Positions 10,561 to 20,438 are shown, counted from the first letter of the stretch. The stretch is DNA of 64,000 nt from a bacterium (GCA_021796335.1 JAJYHZ010000002.1:192998-256997), one strand, 5' to 3'. The notes: generated from the letters alone by a model not told the origin. A program made the numbers and translations.

Positions 10561-11094
10561 ATGAGCGGTCATAATAAATGGTCTCAAATTAAAAATAAGA
10601 AAGGAGCAACGGATAAAAAACGTAGCCAGATTTTTTCAAAATTATTAAAAGCAATTACAGTCGCCGCCAAGAATGAACCGAATTCTCAGTTTAATCCGAC
10701 TTTAAGGTCGGCGATTGAAAAAGCGAAAGAAAACCAGGTGCCTCAGGAAAATATTGAGAGAGCCATTAAAAAAGCTTCCGAGTCAGGAGATAATTTGGAA
10801 AAATTAATAATGGAAGCATACGGCTCGAATGGTTCGGCATTGCTGGTTCTTGCGATAACGGACAATAAAAACAGGACGGTAAGCGAAGTTAAAAAAATCT
10901 TAAAGGACAATGATGCAAAATGGGCGGATCCCGGAAGCGTCATGTGGGCATTCGAAAAAACAGGCGATGATTATCGGCCAAAGTTCCCGCAGGATGTTTC
11001 CGAGGAGGAAAAGCAGAAATTGGAAAACCTTCTTGATGTTTTGGACGATTACGACGATGTTCAGGAGGTTATTACGAATGCGAAGCTAGAATAG
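10561..11094 (+). CDS. yebC: YebC/PmpR family protein (short form)
   Basis: MSGHNKWSQIK, NPTLRSAIEKAK, EAYG, DDVQEVITN. Confidence 0.92.
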   Translation: MSGHNKWSQIKNKKGATDKKRSQIFSKLLKAITVAAKNEPNSQFNPTLRSAIEKAKENQVPQENIERAIKKASESGDNLEKLIMEAYGSNGSALLVLAITDNKNRTVSEVKKILKDNDAKWADPGSVMWAFEKTGDDYRPKFPQDVSEEEKQKLENLLDVLDDYDDVQEVITNAKLE

Positions 11095-11169
11095 GACTAC
11101 AATCTGCAGTCTACGGATTATGGCAAATGAATTACATATTGCTATAGTCTGTAGTCAGTAGACCGTAAG
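11095..11169. repeat. Inverted array of 7-nt imperfect repeats (GACTACA-like / CTGTAGT-like)
   Basis: Four heptamers on the left, four complementary heptamers on the right. Confidence 0.65.
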
Positions 11170-11177
11170 CAGTTTTA

Positions 11178-11660
11178 ATGAAAATTTTAGGAATAGATCC
11201 GGGAACAACCCGGGCGGGATACGGTTTAATAGAGATGAAATCTTTCAATTCTTTTGAATTTTTGGATTGCGGCCTTTTGGAGATTGTCTCAAAAAACAAG
11301 GAAGAACGCCTGGCGGAGCTGGGGAATTCCTTTGAAAAACTTTTAAAAAAAGAAAAACCGGATGCAGTTGCGCTGGAAAAATTATTTTTTATGAAAAATA
11401 TAAAAACCGGAATAGATGTGGCGCAGGCGCGCGGGATTCTGGTCTATCTAGCGGCAAAAAACAAAATTCCAATTTTGGAGATTGCGCCTTCGGAAGTGAA
11501 ATCAAATATAACAGGACATGGAGCCGCGGACAAAAAAGCGGTGGGGAAAATGGTTTGCAGAATTCTAAAAATAGAAAAAATCAACGGGCCGGATGACGTG
11601 TCCGACGCTTTGGCAATCGCGATTGCCGGTTCAGCATATCTTAAATTAACAAAACTTTAA
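11178..11660 (+). CDS. ruvC: Holliday junction resolvase RuvC
   Basis: ILGIDPG, ALEKLFF, AQARG, DDVSDALAIA. Confidence 0.95.
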   Translation: MKILGIDPGTTRAGYGLIEMKSFNSFEFLDCGLLEIVSKNKEERLAELGNSFEKLLKKEKPDAVALEKLFFMKNIKTGIDVAQARGILVYLAAKNKIPILEIAPSEVKSNITGHGAADKKAVGKMVCRILKIEKINGPDDVSDALAIAIAGSAYLKLTKL

Positions 11661-11718
11661 CATTTTTCTAATTTAAAGGCAGTTGCATTATCTTACAAAT
11701 AAATAAAGGGAGGATGGG

Positions 11719-12168
11719 ATGGGAAAGAAAGGCGATACAACAGAAGAAGTCCAAAAAGTCGAATGCTTTGCGGTTAATAATAATAAAAGCATTCCGTTTG
11801 CGGAATGCCTGAGAATGGGATCCGCCTATAAACGGAACCTGGACGTTTGTACGAAAAATAATTGCACGAGTTTTTGCAGATTATGCCCGACATGCATAAC
11901 AAACGGGCTTAAGGGCGACCTCATGGTGACTTATCCAAAGTATGTCGTTATCCCCGGGACGGGTCATTGTAAAGATCATCAAACTCCGGAGGAGAAAGCT
12001 CAGGCGACGTTTTACTGTCCGGAATATCGGACGGAAATATCGCGGGAGCGGTGCATAAACACAAGCGGGCATTCTGATCAAAATGGGAAATGCGCGGGGC
12101 ATGAATGCGAAAGCCCATGGCGCATATGTGTGGTTTGCGTTAAATTTCATTCATGCAAAACGGAATAG
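11719..12168 (+). CDS. Cys-rich hypothetical protein with a duplicated putative Zn-binding module (probably N-part of a split gene)
   Basis: Two C...C...C-x3-C...R-x-C-x-x-C units; GGAGG RBS. Confidence 0.55.
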   Translation: MGKKGDTTEEVQKVECFAVNNNKSIPFAECLRMGSAYKRNLDVCTKNNCTSFCRLCPTCITNGLKGDLMVTYPKYVVIPGTGHCKDHQTPEEKAQATFYCPEYRTEISRERCINTSGHSDQNGKCAGHECESPWRICVVCVKFHSCKTE

Positions 12169-12761
12169 GGGAAAGATGCGCCTGTAAGGACGCTGCAAGG
12201 GGAAAATGCGAAACGCATCTTAAAAGCCCTTGGGCTTCTCAGAACTGGACAATAGACGTCAGCAGGGAGGAGAAAAAAGATATGGGCGAAAAGAGTCTTC
12301 TGGGCAAAATCAGCGATGCCGTGGCTAAAGGAGATGGTCCGAGTAAGATTTCCAGAGATTTCGGCATAGATATTGCCACCGCATCGAAGTATAAAAAAAT
12401 AATAGATTCTGGGATTGCTCCTGTTAAGGACGCGCTAATAAAGGGCGACATCGGCCTTGCTGCGGCTGTGCTTCTTTCGAAGCAGCCAGGCGATGTTCAG
12501 AGTAAAGTAATAAATACTATTATCGAAAAGGCGTTGAAAGGGAAAAAGGCCGGAAGCTTTATAAAAAGTTTCATTAAAGGAAAAGGGAACGGAACCGATG
12601 ACGGCTGTAGCTGTAAGTCTGTCGCAATTCCTTCGCCGGACACTCTCTCAGCTTCATCGCCTTTACCGGAAAAAGGCGGGGGCATTGGAAAAATCTATTC
12701 TGAAGCCAGGAAGGTTATAATAGAAATTCCTGGCGGCATAAAAATAACAATTGAAAAGTAA
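12153..12761 (+). CDS. Hypothetical protein with a ParB/Spo0J-like HTH region (probably C-part of a split gene)
   Basis: PSKISRDFGIDIATASKY HTH followed by VKDALIKGDIGLAAAVLL; terminator 12768-12793. Confidence 0.5.
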   Translation: MQNGIGERCACKDAARGKCETHLKSPWASQNWTIDVSREEKKDMGEKSLLGKISDAVAKGDGPSKISRDFGIDIATASKYKKIIDSGIAPVKDALIKGDIGLAAAVLLSKQPGDVQSKVINTIIEKALKGKKAGSFIKSFIKGKGNGTDDGCSCKSVAIPSPDTLSASSPLPEKGGGIGKIYSEARKVIIEIPGGIKITIEK

Positions 12762-12828
12762 GCCAGCGGGCGGCGGAAGCCGCCCCTTTTTTTGGTTAAA
12801 AAAAGCGGAGAATTTCCCCGCTTCAGAG

Positions 12829-13432
12829 TTAATCTTCAAGCGTAATTATATTCTGCCATTCTTTATCCTCTGCCCTCTTTTCAAAATCCAAAGCATAAGC
12901 CTCGGATGTTTTGAAATATCTAAGCTTTTTGATAAAATAAAAGAAAAAAAACCTCTCATTTAAAGCAATCCAAAACAATATTGTCGCTATGGTAACTTTA
13001 GCAAATATCCAGAGACCGGAATTGATGACAAGAACTATCAATGGCAGGGTAAGGGCGTAAAACATTAAAGGGAAAGAATATTTAAATATGATTTTTTTTC
13101 TTTAATGTTTTGTCCGGGAAATTAAAGTAAAAATCCCAGTGCCCGACTTCGTGCGCCAAGATCATTGTTATCTGCTCACGAAATTTTTCATTGAGATTGT
13201 TTAAATCCGGATTATTTATGTTGCAAATCCAAGCAATCGCCCAGATTTTCCAATTGTCGATTGTTATTATGTTTGAAAATAAGCTGAATGTTCCTAGGAC
13301 GGCGATTGGAGAAATCGATTTAAAAATTAATTCGGGCAAGGGATAGCTTCCCCTTTCCGCCATTAATTTTTTCAAGAGCTGTAAATTTAAATTGAATTTT
13401 GGCATTGGTGGAATTTCTCTGAATTTAAACAA
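12829..13432 (-). pseudogene. HExxH membrane metallopeptidase-like gene split by a frameshift at a T8 tract
   Basis: ILAHEVGH in the 5' ORF; TM helices and EAYA in the 3' ORF; removing one base from 13092-13099 joins them in frame. Confidence 0.6.
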
Positions 13433-13523
13433 ATCATACCTCCCTTATTAAATTTTTATTTTCTAAAAGCATGGAATCAAAAGAAGGCCGCAAAGTCAAT
13501 AATATTATTTAATAAATAAGCTA

Positions 13524-13662
13524 GCGCTGTTCGGAAACCAGCAAAATAAAAAGGTTTTTGTCATACTGAGCGTAAGCGAAGCATCTCGCACCCTCAGAAA
13601 AACTCGATTCCTTCTCCGCCTTTGACGGATCAGAATGACCGAGGGGAAGTTTCCGGGCAGAG
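13524..13662. mobile_element. MITE-like element with a GCGCTGTTCGGAA end and internal REP-like arms
   Basis: Similar to 33802-33935; contains GTCATACTGAGCG...CAGAATGAC. Confidence 0.5.
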
Positions 13663-13686
13663 GAATGACACTATCCAGAAATAAGC

Positions 13687-13753
13687 TTGACTTTATGAGC
13701 TAATAAGGTGTATTATTTATATAAAGAGAAATCCGCAGGTCGCGGGTTTTTTT
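13687..13753 (+). promoter_or_regulatory. nusA promoter and attenuator-like leader hairpin
   Basis: TTGACT-18-TATTAT, then ATCCGC-AGGTC-GCGGGT followed by a T run. Confidence 0.5.
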
Positions 13754-13759
13754 AAAAAA

Positions 13760-13855
13760 ACAAATTTACACGAATGAGTAACGAATCTGCACGAATCACG
13801 AATATTGTTTATCGGTGATTCGTGAAAATTTGTTTTTAATTTGTGAGAATTCGTA
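13760..13855. repeat. Inverted CACGAAT / ATTCGTG arrays (gene-less copy of the GxxExxY flanks)
   Basis: Five left units and about five complementary right units. Confidence 0.65.
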
Positions 13856-13860
13856 AATAG

Positions 13861-15057
13861 ATGTTGGATCTCAAATCACTTAACTGGGCGGTCAAACAAA
13901 TCGCGGAAGAAAAAGGATTGGCTGAAGACCAGGTGGCGGAAGCGGTGGAATCCGCGATTGCCGCAGCTTATAAAAAGGAATATTGCAAGAAGGGGGAAGT
14001 TGTAAAAGCGAAACTTGATTTAAAATCCGGTGATTTGAAATTCTGGAAAATCAAAACCGTTGTTGACGAATCAATGGTCAGAATTTTGACTGATGAAGAA
14101 GCGGCAGCTGAAGAGCCGCCCAAAGAAGGCGAAGAAAGACTGCCGCGGTATAATCCGGACAGGCATATTTTAATCGACGAGGCGAAAGCAACAGATCCGA
14201 ATGCAAATTTAGGAGATGAACTGCAATTTGAATTGGAAGTTCATCAGGATTTTGGAAGAATTGCTGCACAAACTGCTAAGCAGGTCATTTTGCAAAAAAT
14301 CCGTGAAGCGGAAAGAGACTCCATTAAAAAAGAATTCATTAATAAAGAAGGCGAGATAATCAGCGGCGTCATTCAGCGAATCGAAAGAGGAAATGTTTTT
14401 GTCGATCTCGGCCGCGCCATGGGAATCATGTTTTTCAACGAAGCGATTCCGGGAGAAAGATACAGAATTAGTGAAAGATTGAGATTTTATGTGGTGGCGG
14501 TTCAGGAAGAAGAAGGAAAGAGACCGGGAATTATTTTATCGCGTTCGCATCCGAACTTTGTTTCCAAGCTTTTTGAGCTGGAAGTTCCGGAAATTGCGGA
14601 AGGACTGGTGGAGATTAAAGCAATTGCGAGGGAAGCGGGAAACAGGACGAAAATTGCCGTGTTTTCTAAAGAAGAGGGAGTTGATCCTATAGGCGCTTGC
14701 GTCGGACAAAGGGGAACTCGCGTCATGGCGGTTACCAATGAGCTGGGAAACGAGAAAATCGATATTATCGAATGGCATGAAGATCCTGCTAAGTTTATTG
14801 CTGCGAGTTTGTCGCCGGCAAAAGTCATCAATGTCGATATTCTGCCGCGCCGGGAAGCGAAAGTTTTGGTCAACGACGATCAATTAAGTCTGGCAATCGG
14901 AAAAGACGGGCAAAACGCCAGATTGGCGGCAAAACTCACCGGATGGAAAATAGATATCCGCTCGCAGCAAAATCCGGATGCGGTTCAGGAAGGAGGAGTT
15001 TACGGGGAAGAAGCAGCCGGAAAGGATGATTCTGCTAAAGCCGAATCTGGAGAATAA
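13861..15057 (+). CDS. nusA: Transcription termination/antitermination factor NusA
   Basis: FGRIAAQTAKQV, S1 and KH domains, LSLAIGKDGQNARLAAKLTGWKIDI. Confidence 0.97.
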   Translation: MLDLKSLNWAVKQIAEEKGLAEDQVAEAVESAIAAAYKKEYCKKGEVVKAKLDLKSGDLKFWKIKTVVDESMVRILTDEEAAAEEPPKEGEERLPRYNPDRHILIDEAKATDPNANLGDELQFELEVHQDFGRIAAQTAKQVILQKIREAERDSIKKEFINKEGEIISGVIQRIERGNVFVDLGRAMGIMFFNEAIPGERYRISERLRFYVVAVQEEEGKRPGIILSRSHPNFVSKLFELEVPEIAEGLVEIKAIAREAGNRTKIAVFSKEEGVDPIGACVGQRGTRVMAVTNELGNEKIDIIEWHEDPAKFIAASLSPAKVINVDILPRREAKVLVNDDQLSLAIGKDGQNARLAAKLTGWKIDIRSQQNPDAVQEGGVYGEEAAGKDDSAKAESGE

Positions 15058-15169
15058 ATAATTTTTGAGATAAAATAAATAATGTAAAAAGTTTTTAACG
15101 TTCGCAAAGTTTTTAAGGCAATTAATCCAGTGCTTTATAAACTTTTGACATTATAACTTTATAAACTAA

Positions 15170-15721
15170 ATGGGTATTTATAATGTTAAAATCGGGGACG
15201 AGGCACCCGAGGTAATAAATGCGGTAATTGAAATACCGAAAAACAGCCAGAATAAATACGAATACGACGAAAAAGGAAATTATTTCAAACTGGATCGCGT
15301 GCTTTATTCCCCTATGCATTATCCGGCCGATTACGGATTTATTCCGGAGACCAGATCGGAAGACGGAGATCACTTAGACGTCATTATTCTAGGAAGTGAT
15401 CCGCTTTTTACGGGCTGCGTGGTGGCGATAAGGCCTATTGGCATTTTAAAGATGATTGATGACGGCGATCCGGATTTTAAAATTTTGGCGGTTCAGGAAA
15501 AAAATCCGCGATTTAAAAATATTAAAGACATCAAAGATATCGAATCCACTCATGAACATTCATTAAAAGAAATCGCGCATTTTTTCCAGGTCTATAAGGA
15601 CTTACAAGGGAAAAAGGTGGAAATTCAGGGCTGGGAAGGAAAAATGGCGGCTATTGAAGAAATAAAAAAAGCGCAGGAAACATTTGCGAATGAAACAAAA
15701 GAAGTGGAGTTGGTTAAATAA
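15170..15721 (+). CDS. ppa: Inorganic pyrophosphatase (family I)
   Basis: NKYEYD, YPADYGFIP, DGDHLD, HFFQVYKDL. Confidence 0.95.
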   Translation: MGIYNVKIGDEAPEVINAVIEIPKNSQNKYEYDEKGNYFKLDRVLYSPMHYPADYGFIPETRSEDGDHLDVIILGSDPLFTGCVVAIRPIGILKMIDDGDPDFKILAVQEKNPRFKNIKDIKDIESTHEHSLKEIAHFFQVYKDLQGKKVEIQGWEGKMAAIEEIKKAQETFANETKEVELVK

Positions 15722-15749
15722 AAAAACAATCACTTGAATCAACTATTAA

Positions 15750-16373
15750 ATGGAAAATAAAAAAAATAACGAACAAATTTATAATCAATATCTGATTCCG
15801 ACCATTATTGAGAAGACTCAATACGGCGAAAGAGCTTACGATATTTATTCGAGGCTTTTAAAAGAAAGAATCATTTTTTTGGGGGGGGTGATTAATGACC
15901 AGGTTGCGAATATCATTATCGCCCAGCTTTTGTTTTTGGAAAACGAAGATTCGAAAAAAGACATTACTCTTTATATTAATTCTCCGGGAGGGTCGGTTTA
16001 CGCGGGCATGGCGATTTACGACACCATGCAATATATTAAACCGGATGTTTCGACAATTTGTGTCGGAATGGCGGCTTCAATGGGGGCATTTTTGCTTTTA
16101 TCCGGGGCTAAGGGAAAGAGAATTGCCTTGCCGAATTCCCAGATTTTGCTTCACCAGGTGATGGGAGGTGCGGAAGGCCAGGCGACGGACGTGGCGATTA
16201 CAGCCAAACAAATCGTAAAAGTGAAAGATAAGCTGAATCAGATTATTTCCAAGCATACCGGACAGTCGTTTGCAAAAGTGGAAAAAGATACGGATAGGGA
16301 TTTTTATATGACTCCGCAGGAAGCTAAAGAATACGGAGTAATTGATGAAATTATTAAGTCAAAAGGAAGATGA
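15750..16373 (+). CDS. clpP: Clp protease proteolytic subunit
   Basis: [30 protein letters not shown]. Confidence 0.97.
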   Translation: MENKKNNEQIYNQYLIPTIIEKTQYGERAYDIYSRLLKERIIFLGGVINDQVANIIIAQLLFLENEDSKKDITLYINSPGGSVYAGMAIYDTMQYIKPDVSTICVGMAASMGAFLLLSGAKGKRIALPNSQILLHQVMGGAEGQATDVAITAKQIVKVKDKLNQIISKHTGQSFAKVEKDTDRDFYMTPQEAKEYGVIDEIIKSKGR

Positions 16374-16462
16374 TTAAAATAGCGACGAGCGTATTAGAGA
16401 CAAGGTAAAAACAATCCTAAAAGCGGATTGTTTTTTTATGGGCGTTAAAATATTATTTTTAT

Positions 16463-17032
16463 ATGCAGCCAGCCGAATTTGAAATCTTATTTGAAAAAGT
16501 TGCCAGTCTAATAACTTTGGATATGTTTGCAAAAGAAACGGATTTGGAAGGCAATTTCCCCAAAAAAGATCCGAAAACCTCCGCATGGGATGCGGTAGAT
16601 ATATTTTGCGATAATGAATACATAGACATCGGAGACGGCAGATACGTCTCGAATAAAGTTTTTTCCAAAGTTAGGGTGCCGTTTTTTATTATTTTGGCGG
16701 AATTTGAAAGCAGATTATTTCGAATTCACGAGTGGAATGGAGAGAATATCAATGAGTTAAATGATAAAAACCTGAATGACTATATAAAAGAATTAACAAA
16801 TAATCCCGAACTGATGAAACTGCAAAAAGAATACAGGAATAGGAGCGAATTTATGAATGATATGAAAGCGATCAGTTCATTTAGAAACATAATTATGCAC
16901 GTTAATAATAATTTGGAAAAAAACGTGAGCATAGAAACAGTTGTAAAGAGGAAAAAGCAGATTTTCAGGGTTTTGGCCGCATTGCAGGAGATTTTGGACA
17001 AAATGGCGAGTTCCGCATTAAAGAATCGATAA
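16463..17032 (+). CDS. Hypothetical protein with a HEPN-like R-x4-H motif
   Basis: LAEFESRL...SFRNIIMH in a helical C-terminal region. Confidence 0.5.
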   Translation: MQPAEFEILFEKVASLITLDMFAKETDLEGNFPKKDPKTSAWDAVDIFCDNEYIDIGDGRYVSNKVFSKVRVPFFIILAEFESRLFRIHEWNGENINELNDKNLNDYIKELTNNPELMKLQKEYRNRSEFMNDMKAISSFRNIIMHVNNNLEKNVSIETVVKRKKQIFRVLAALQEILDKMASSALKNR

Positions 17033-17119
17033 GATAAAACGTCTGGGCGGTTTTATCATGGGTTGTTTTTTATTCTTGATAAATTTATACTGATTTAAAT
17101 CTAATTAATTTTAAAAATT

Positions 17120-18160
17120 ATGAAAGTGTTATTTTCAGAGATTGAAAATTGGGAAGCGGATTATATAAAGCGACAAATCGGCAATCAGGCGGAATTATTT
17201 TTCAACGAGCAGAAAATAATCAAAAGCAATCTTCCGGAACAAAAAGACTTTGATGCAATTTCAGTTTTTGTCGGTTCGAAAATAGACAAGGAAGTAATAG
17301 ATAACTTTCCAAATTTAAAATTAATTACAACCAGGTCAACGGGTTTTGATCATATTGATTTGGATTATGCCAAACAAAAAGGGATCCAGGTGGGATATGT
17401 GCCGGGATACGGAGACAATACCGTGGCGGAATACGCTTTCGGATTACTTTTGGCATTATCAAGAAAAATTTATGACGGAGTCGATCGAATCAAGGAAACG
17501 GAAAATTTCAATTTTGACGGTTTGCGAGGGTTTGATTTAAAAGGGAAAACAATGGGAGTTTTGGGAACCGGGAGAATCGGCCAGCATACCATCAAAATCG
17601 CCAACGGATTCGGCATGAATGTGATCGCTTATGACGCTTTCCAGAAAGAAGAATTGGCGCAAAGTTTGAATTTCAAATACGTTTCTTTGGATGAATTATT
17701 GGGGCAGGCGGATGTAATCAGCATTCATTTGCCATATATTGCTCCTTCGACAATTTCAGGGCAAGCGTCAACGCATCATTTGATAAATAAAGACAATATT
17801 TCAAAAATTAAAAAAGGGGCGATTTTGATCAATACGGCTCGCGGGGCGATTGTGGAAACCGATGCATTGGTGCAGGCTCTGCAACAAGGAATTCTGGGCG
17901 GAGCCGGATTGGACGTTCTGGAAGAAGAAGGGGTTTTGCAGGTTGAGAGGGGAATGGCGTTTAGGGACAGTTTGCGAAGCGCGGATATGAAAACTGTTTT
18001 GGAAGATCATGTTCTGATGCAAATGCCCAATGTTCTGATTACGCCGCATAACGCTTTTAACACAGTTGAAGCTTTAAAAAGAATATTGGATACTGACATA
18101 AACAATATTAAATTTTATTTAAGCAAATCGCAGGTTTCTTTCCCTGTTCCGGCAAAATAA
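17120..18160 (+). CDS. D-2-hydroxyacid (D-lactate-type) dehydrogenase
   Basis: TRSTGFDHID, GTGRIG, INTARG, LDVLEEE, TPHNAF. Confidence 0.92.
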   Translation: MKVLFSEIENWEADYIKRQIGNQAELFFNEQKIIKSNLPEQKDFDAISVFVGSKIDKEVIDNFPNLKLITTRSTGFDHIDLDYAKQKGIQVGYVPGYGDNTVAEYAFGLLLALSRKIYDGVDRIKETENFNFDGLRGFDLKGKTMGVLGTGRIGQHTIKIANGFGMNVIAYDAFQKEELAQSLNFKYVSLDELLGQADVISIHLPYIAPSTISGQASTHHLINKDNISKIKKGAILINTARGAIVETDALVQALQQGILGGAGLDVLEEEGVLQVERGMAFRDSLRSADMKTVLEDHVLMQMPNVLITPHNAFNTVEALKRILDTDINNIKFYLSKSQVSFPVPAK

Positions 18161-18307
18161 ATGAGAAATAAAAAAGGATTTATACAGGTTCTGATAATTT
18201 TGGCAATAATCGGCGCGATAATTTTTGCGATTGTTTGGTTTGTGCAAAATCAACAATGGAGCAAAATCGAAAATACTAATAATAATAATGTAACTAATAC
18301 CCAATAA
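18161..18307 (+). CDS. Small prepilin-like peptide (48 aa)
   Basis: MRNKKGF followed by a hydrophobic helix; abuts the upstream stop; too short for the ORF track. Confidence 0.55.
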   Translation: MRNKKGFIQVLIILAIIGAIIFAIVWFVQNQQWSKIENTNNNNVTNTQ

Positions 18308-18311
18308 TAAT

Positions 18312-19382
18312 ATGACAAAAATAGCGATAAACGGTTTTGGCAGGATTGGCCGGTTGTTTTTAAGACAGGCGATCGAATTATCTTTTCGACAAGCTCAGGG
18401 CGAACCGGAATTGGAAATTGTGGCAATCAATGATTTGGGGAATTTAGAAAATCTTGCCTACTTGTTGAAATATGATTCTACTTACAGACAGTTTCCTGGA
18501 GAGGTTTCATTTGAGGGCGATCCTTTGACAGGCTCAGGAAAAATCATAATAAGCGGAAAGGGAATAAAATTTATTTCCGAAAAAGACCCGACCAAATTAC
18601 CGTGGAAAGATTTGGGAGTGGATATTGTTGTTGAATCAACAGGAGTTTTTGAGACCTTTGAAAAGTCAAAAGCGCATATTAATGCGGGCGCAAAAAGAGT
18701 GGTTTTAACTGCGCCGGCAAAAGATGCTGACGGAACTTTCGGAAGAACAATTCTAGTCGGGATGAATGAAGGTGAAATAAAATCCTTTGAAATAACTTCG
18801 AATGCGTCATGCACAACCAACGCCACTTCGCCGGTAATCGCGATTATGGCGGAAACAATCGGTATTGAAAAAGCGATTTTAAGCACTGTGCATGCAATGA
18901 CAAACACTCAAACCGTTGTTGATACGGCGGTGAGGGGAGGTGATTTCAGGCGGGGAAGAGCGGCAAGCCATAATATAATTCCGTCAACAACCGGAGCGGC
19001 AATTGCCGTGACGAAAGTTTACAAAGATTTGGAAGGAAAATTTGACGGAATCGCCATGAGAGTTCCGGTAATAACCGGTTCAATCGCGGATATTACTTTT
19101 GTGGCCAAAAGAAAAACTTCAACTGAGGAAATTAAAGAAATTTTCAAAAAAGCGGCGGAATCCGAACAATGGAAGGGAATTTTAAAAGTAACGGAGGATC
19201 AGATCGTTTCCAGCGACATAATAGGCCAGCCGTACGGAGCGATTGTTGATTTGAAATTTACAAAAGTAATAGATGGCGATTTGGTAAAAATTCTGTCGTG
19301 GTATGATAATGAATGGGGGTATACGGCAATGCTGGTAAAACATGTTTTAAAAGCAGCCGAATTAATAACTAACGGCCAATAG
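18312..19382 (+). CDS. gap: Glyceraldehyde-3-phosphate dehydrogenase type I
   Basis: INGFGRIGR, NASCTTN, WYDNEWGY. Confidence 0.97.
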   Translation: MTKIAINGFGRIGRLFLRQAIELSFRQAQGEPELEIVAINDLGNLENLAYLLKYDSTYRQFPGEVSFEGDPLTGSGKIIISGKGIKFISEKDPTKLPWKDLGVDIVVESTGVFETFEKSKAHINAGAKRVVLTAPAKDADGTFGRTILVGMNEGEIKSFEITSNASCTTNATSPVIAIMAETIGIEKAILSTVHAMTNTQTVVDTAVRGGDFRRGRAASHNIIPSTTGAAIAVTKVYKDLEGKFDGIAMRVPVITGSIADITFVAKRKTSTEEIKEIFKKAAESEQWKGILKVTEDQIVSSDIIGQPYGAIVDLKFTKVIDGDLVKILSWYDNEWGYTAMLVKHVLKAAELITNGQ

Positions 19383-19398
19383 CAAATAACTATTTACT

Positions 19399-20280
19399 AT
19401 GGATATGCAACCGGTTCAGCCGCAAGTAAATTCAAACCTTTTAAATATCGGGGATTTGTTCAGAGAATCATGGCGATTATTTAAAAAGAAATACGCAACC
19501 CTATTGGGATTATTGCTGGTTCCTTTCGGCGCTTTGATTGCAAGCGCCATCTTAGTTTTATTACTGAGTTTTCTGGGCGCAGATACAACTGCATTCAGGA
19601 TTTTTGTAATCGTATTATTTGTGATTGTCGGAATTATTTTTAGTTTGTGGTCCAAAGCGGCTATGTTTTATTCGGCAAGTTTTGACGGTCGATTTAAAGA
19701 ATCTTTGAGAAAAACCTGGCCGAAAGTTCTTCCGTTTTTTATTCTGGAATTGTTCGTTTTAATTTCAGTTCTGGCGGGATTTATCATCCTCATTATTCCG
19801 GGAATTATATTTTATATTTGGTTTGAATTTGCCGTTTTGATTTTGATCAATGAAAATGATCAAGGAATAAATGCTTTGGCAAAAAGCAAAGAATATGTGA
19901 GAGGAAATTGGTGGCCGATTTTCGGAAGAATTTTTATCCTTTTTCTTTTAAGCCTGGTGGCGTCTTTATTGACAAAAATATTTCCAAATTTTATCGGGCA
20001 GATTTTATCGGCAATATATTTACTGATTTATTCGCCGTTTTCCATAGTTTATTTGTATGTTATTTATAAAAATTTGAGAGAGTTGAAGCCGGGAATATCA
20101 GTGGATCAGAAAGAGGCGAAAACTTTGAAAATTTTTGTAATAGTCGGGGCTGTTTTAGTGGCAGTTGTCGGGTATATTTTAGGGTATGCGTTGATGAATG
20201 CTTCCAAAAACACTTTTTGTGACGGTAATAACTTTAATTGCACAAGTACTTCCAATTATCAATTAATAAGGAAAAAGTGA
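19399..20280 (+). CDS. Multi-pass membrane protein (GDPD membrane-domain-like)
   Basis: ILIIPGIIFYIWFEFA, ALAKSKEYVRGNWW. Confidence 0.65.
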   Translation: MDMQPVQPQVNSNLLNIGDLFRESWRLFKKKYATLLGLLLVPFGALIASAILVLLLSFLGADTTAFRIFVIVLFVIVGIIFSLWSKAAMFYSASFDGRFKESLRKTWPKVLPFFILELFVLISVLAGFIILIIPGIIFYIWFEFAVLILINENDQGINALAKSKEYVRGNWWPIFGRIFILFLLSLVASLLTKIFPNFIGQILSAIYLLIYSPFSIVYLYVIYKNLRELKPGISVDQKEAKTLKIFVIVGAVLVAVVGYILGYALMNASKNTFCDGNNFNCTSTSNYQLIRKK

Positions 20281-20438
20281 AGTGCATTTTTACTTTAGCC
20301 TATTTGTGGCGGGCGAGTATGGATTACAGAATTGTTTTCCATGTGTTTGATAGTGAACTTTTTACTAGGTTGTTTTTGTGTTATAATAATAATTAGATAA
20401 TTTCTCCATTTAAAAAAATCCAATACAGGAGGTGCGTT

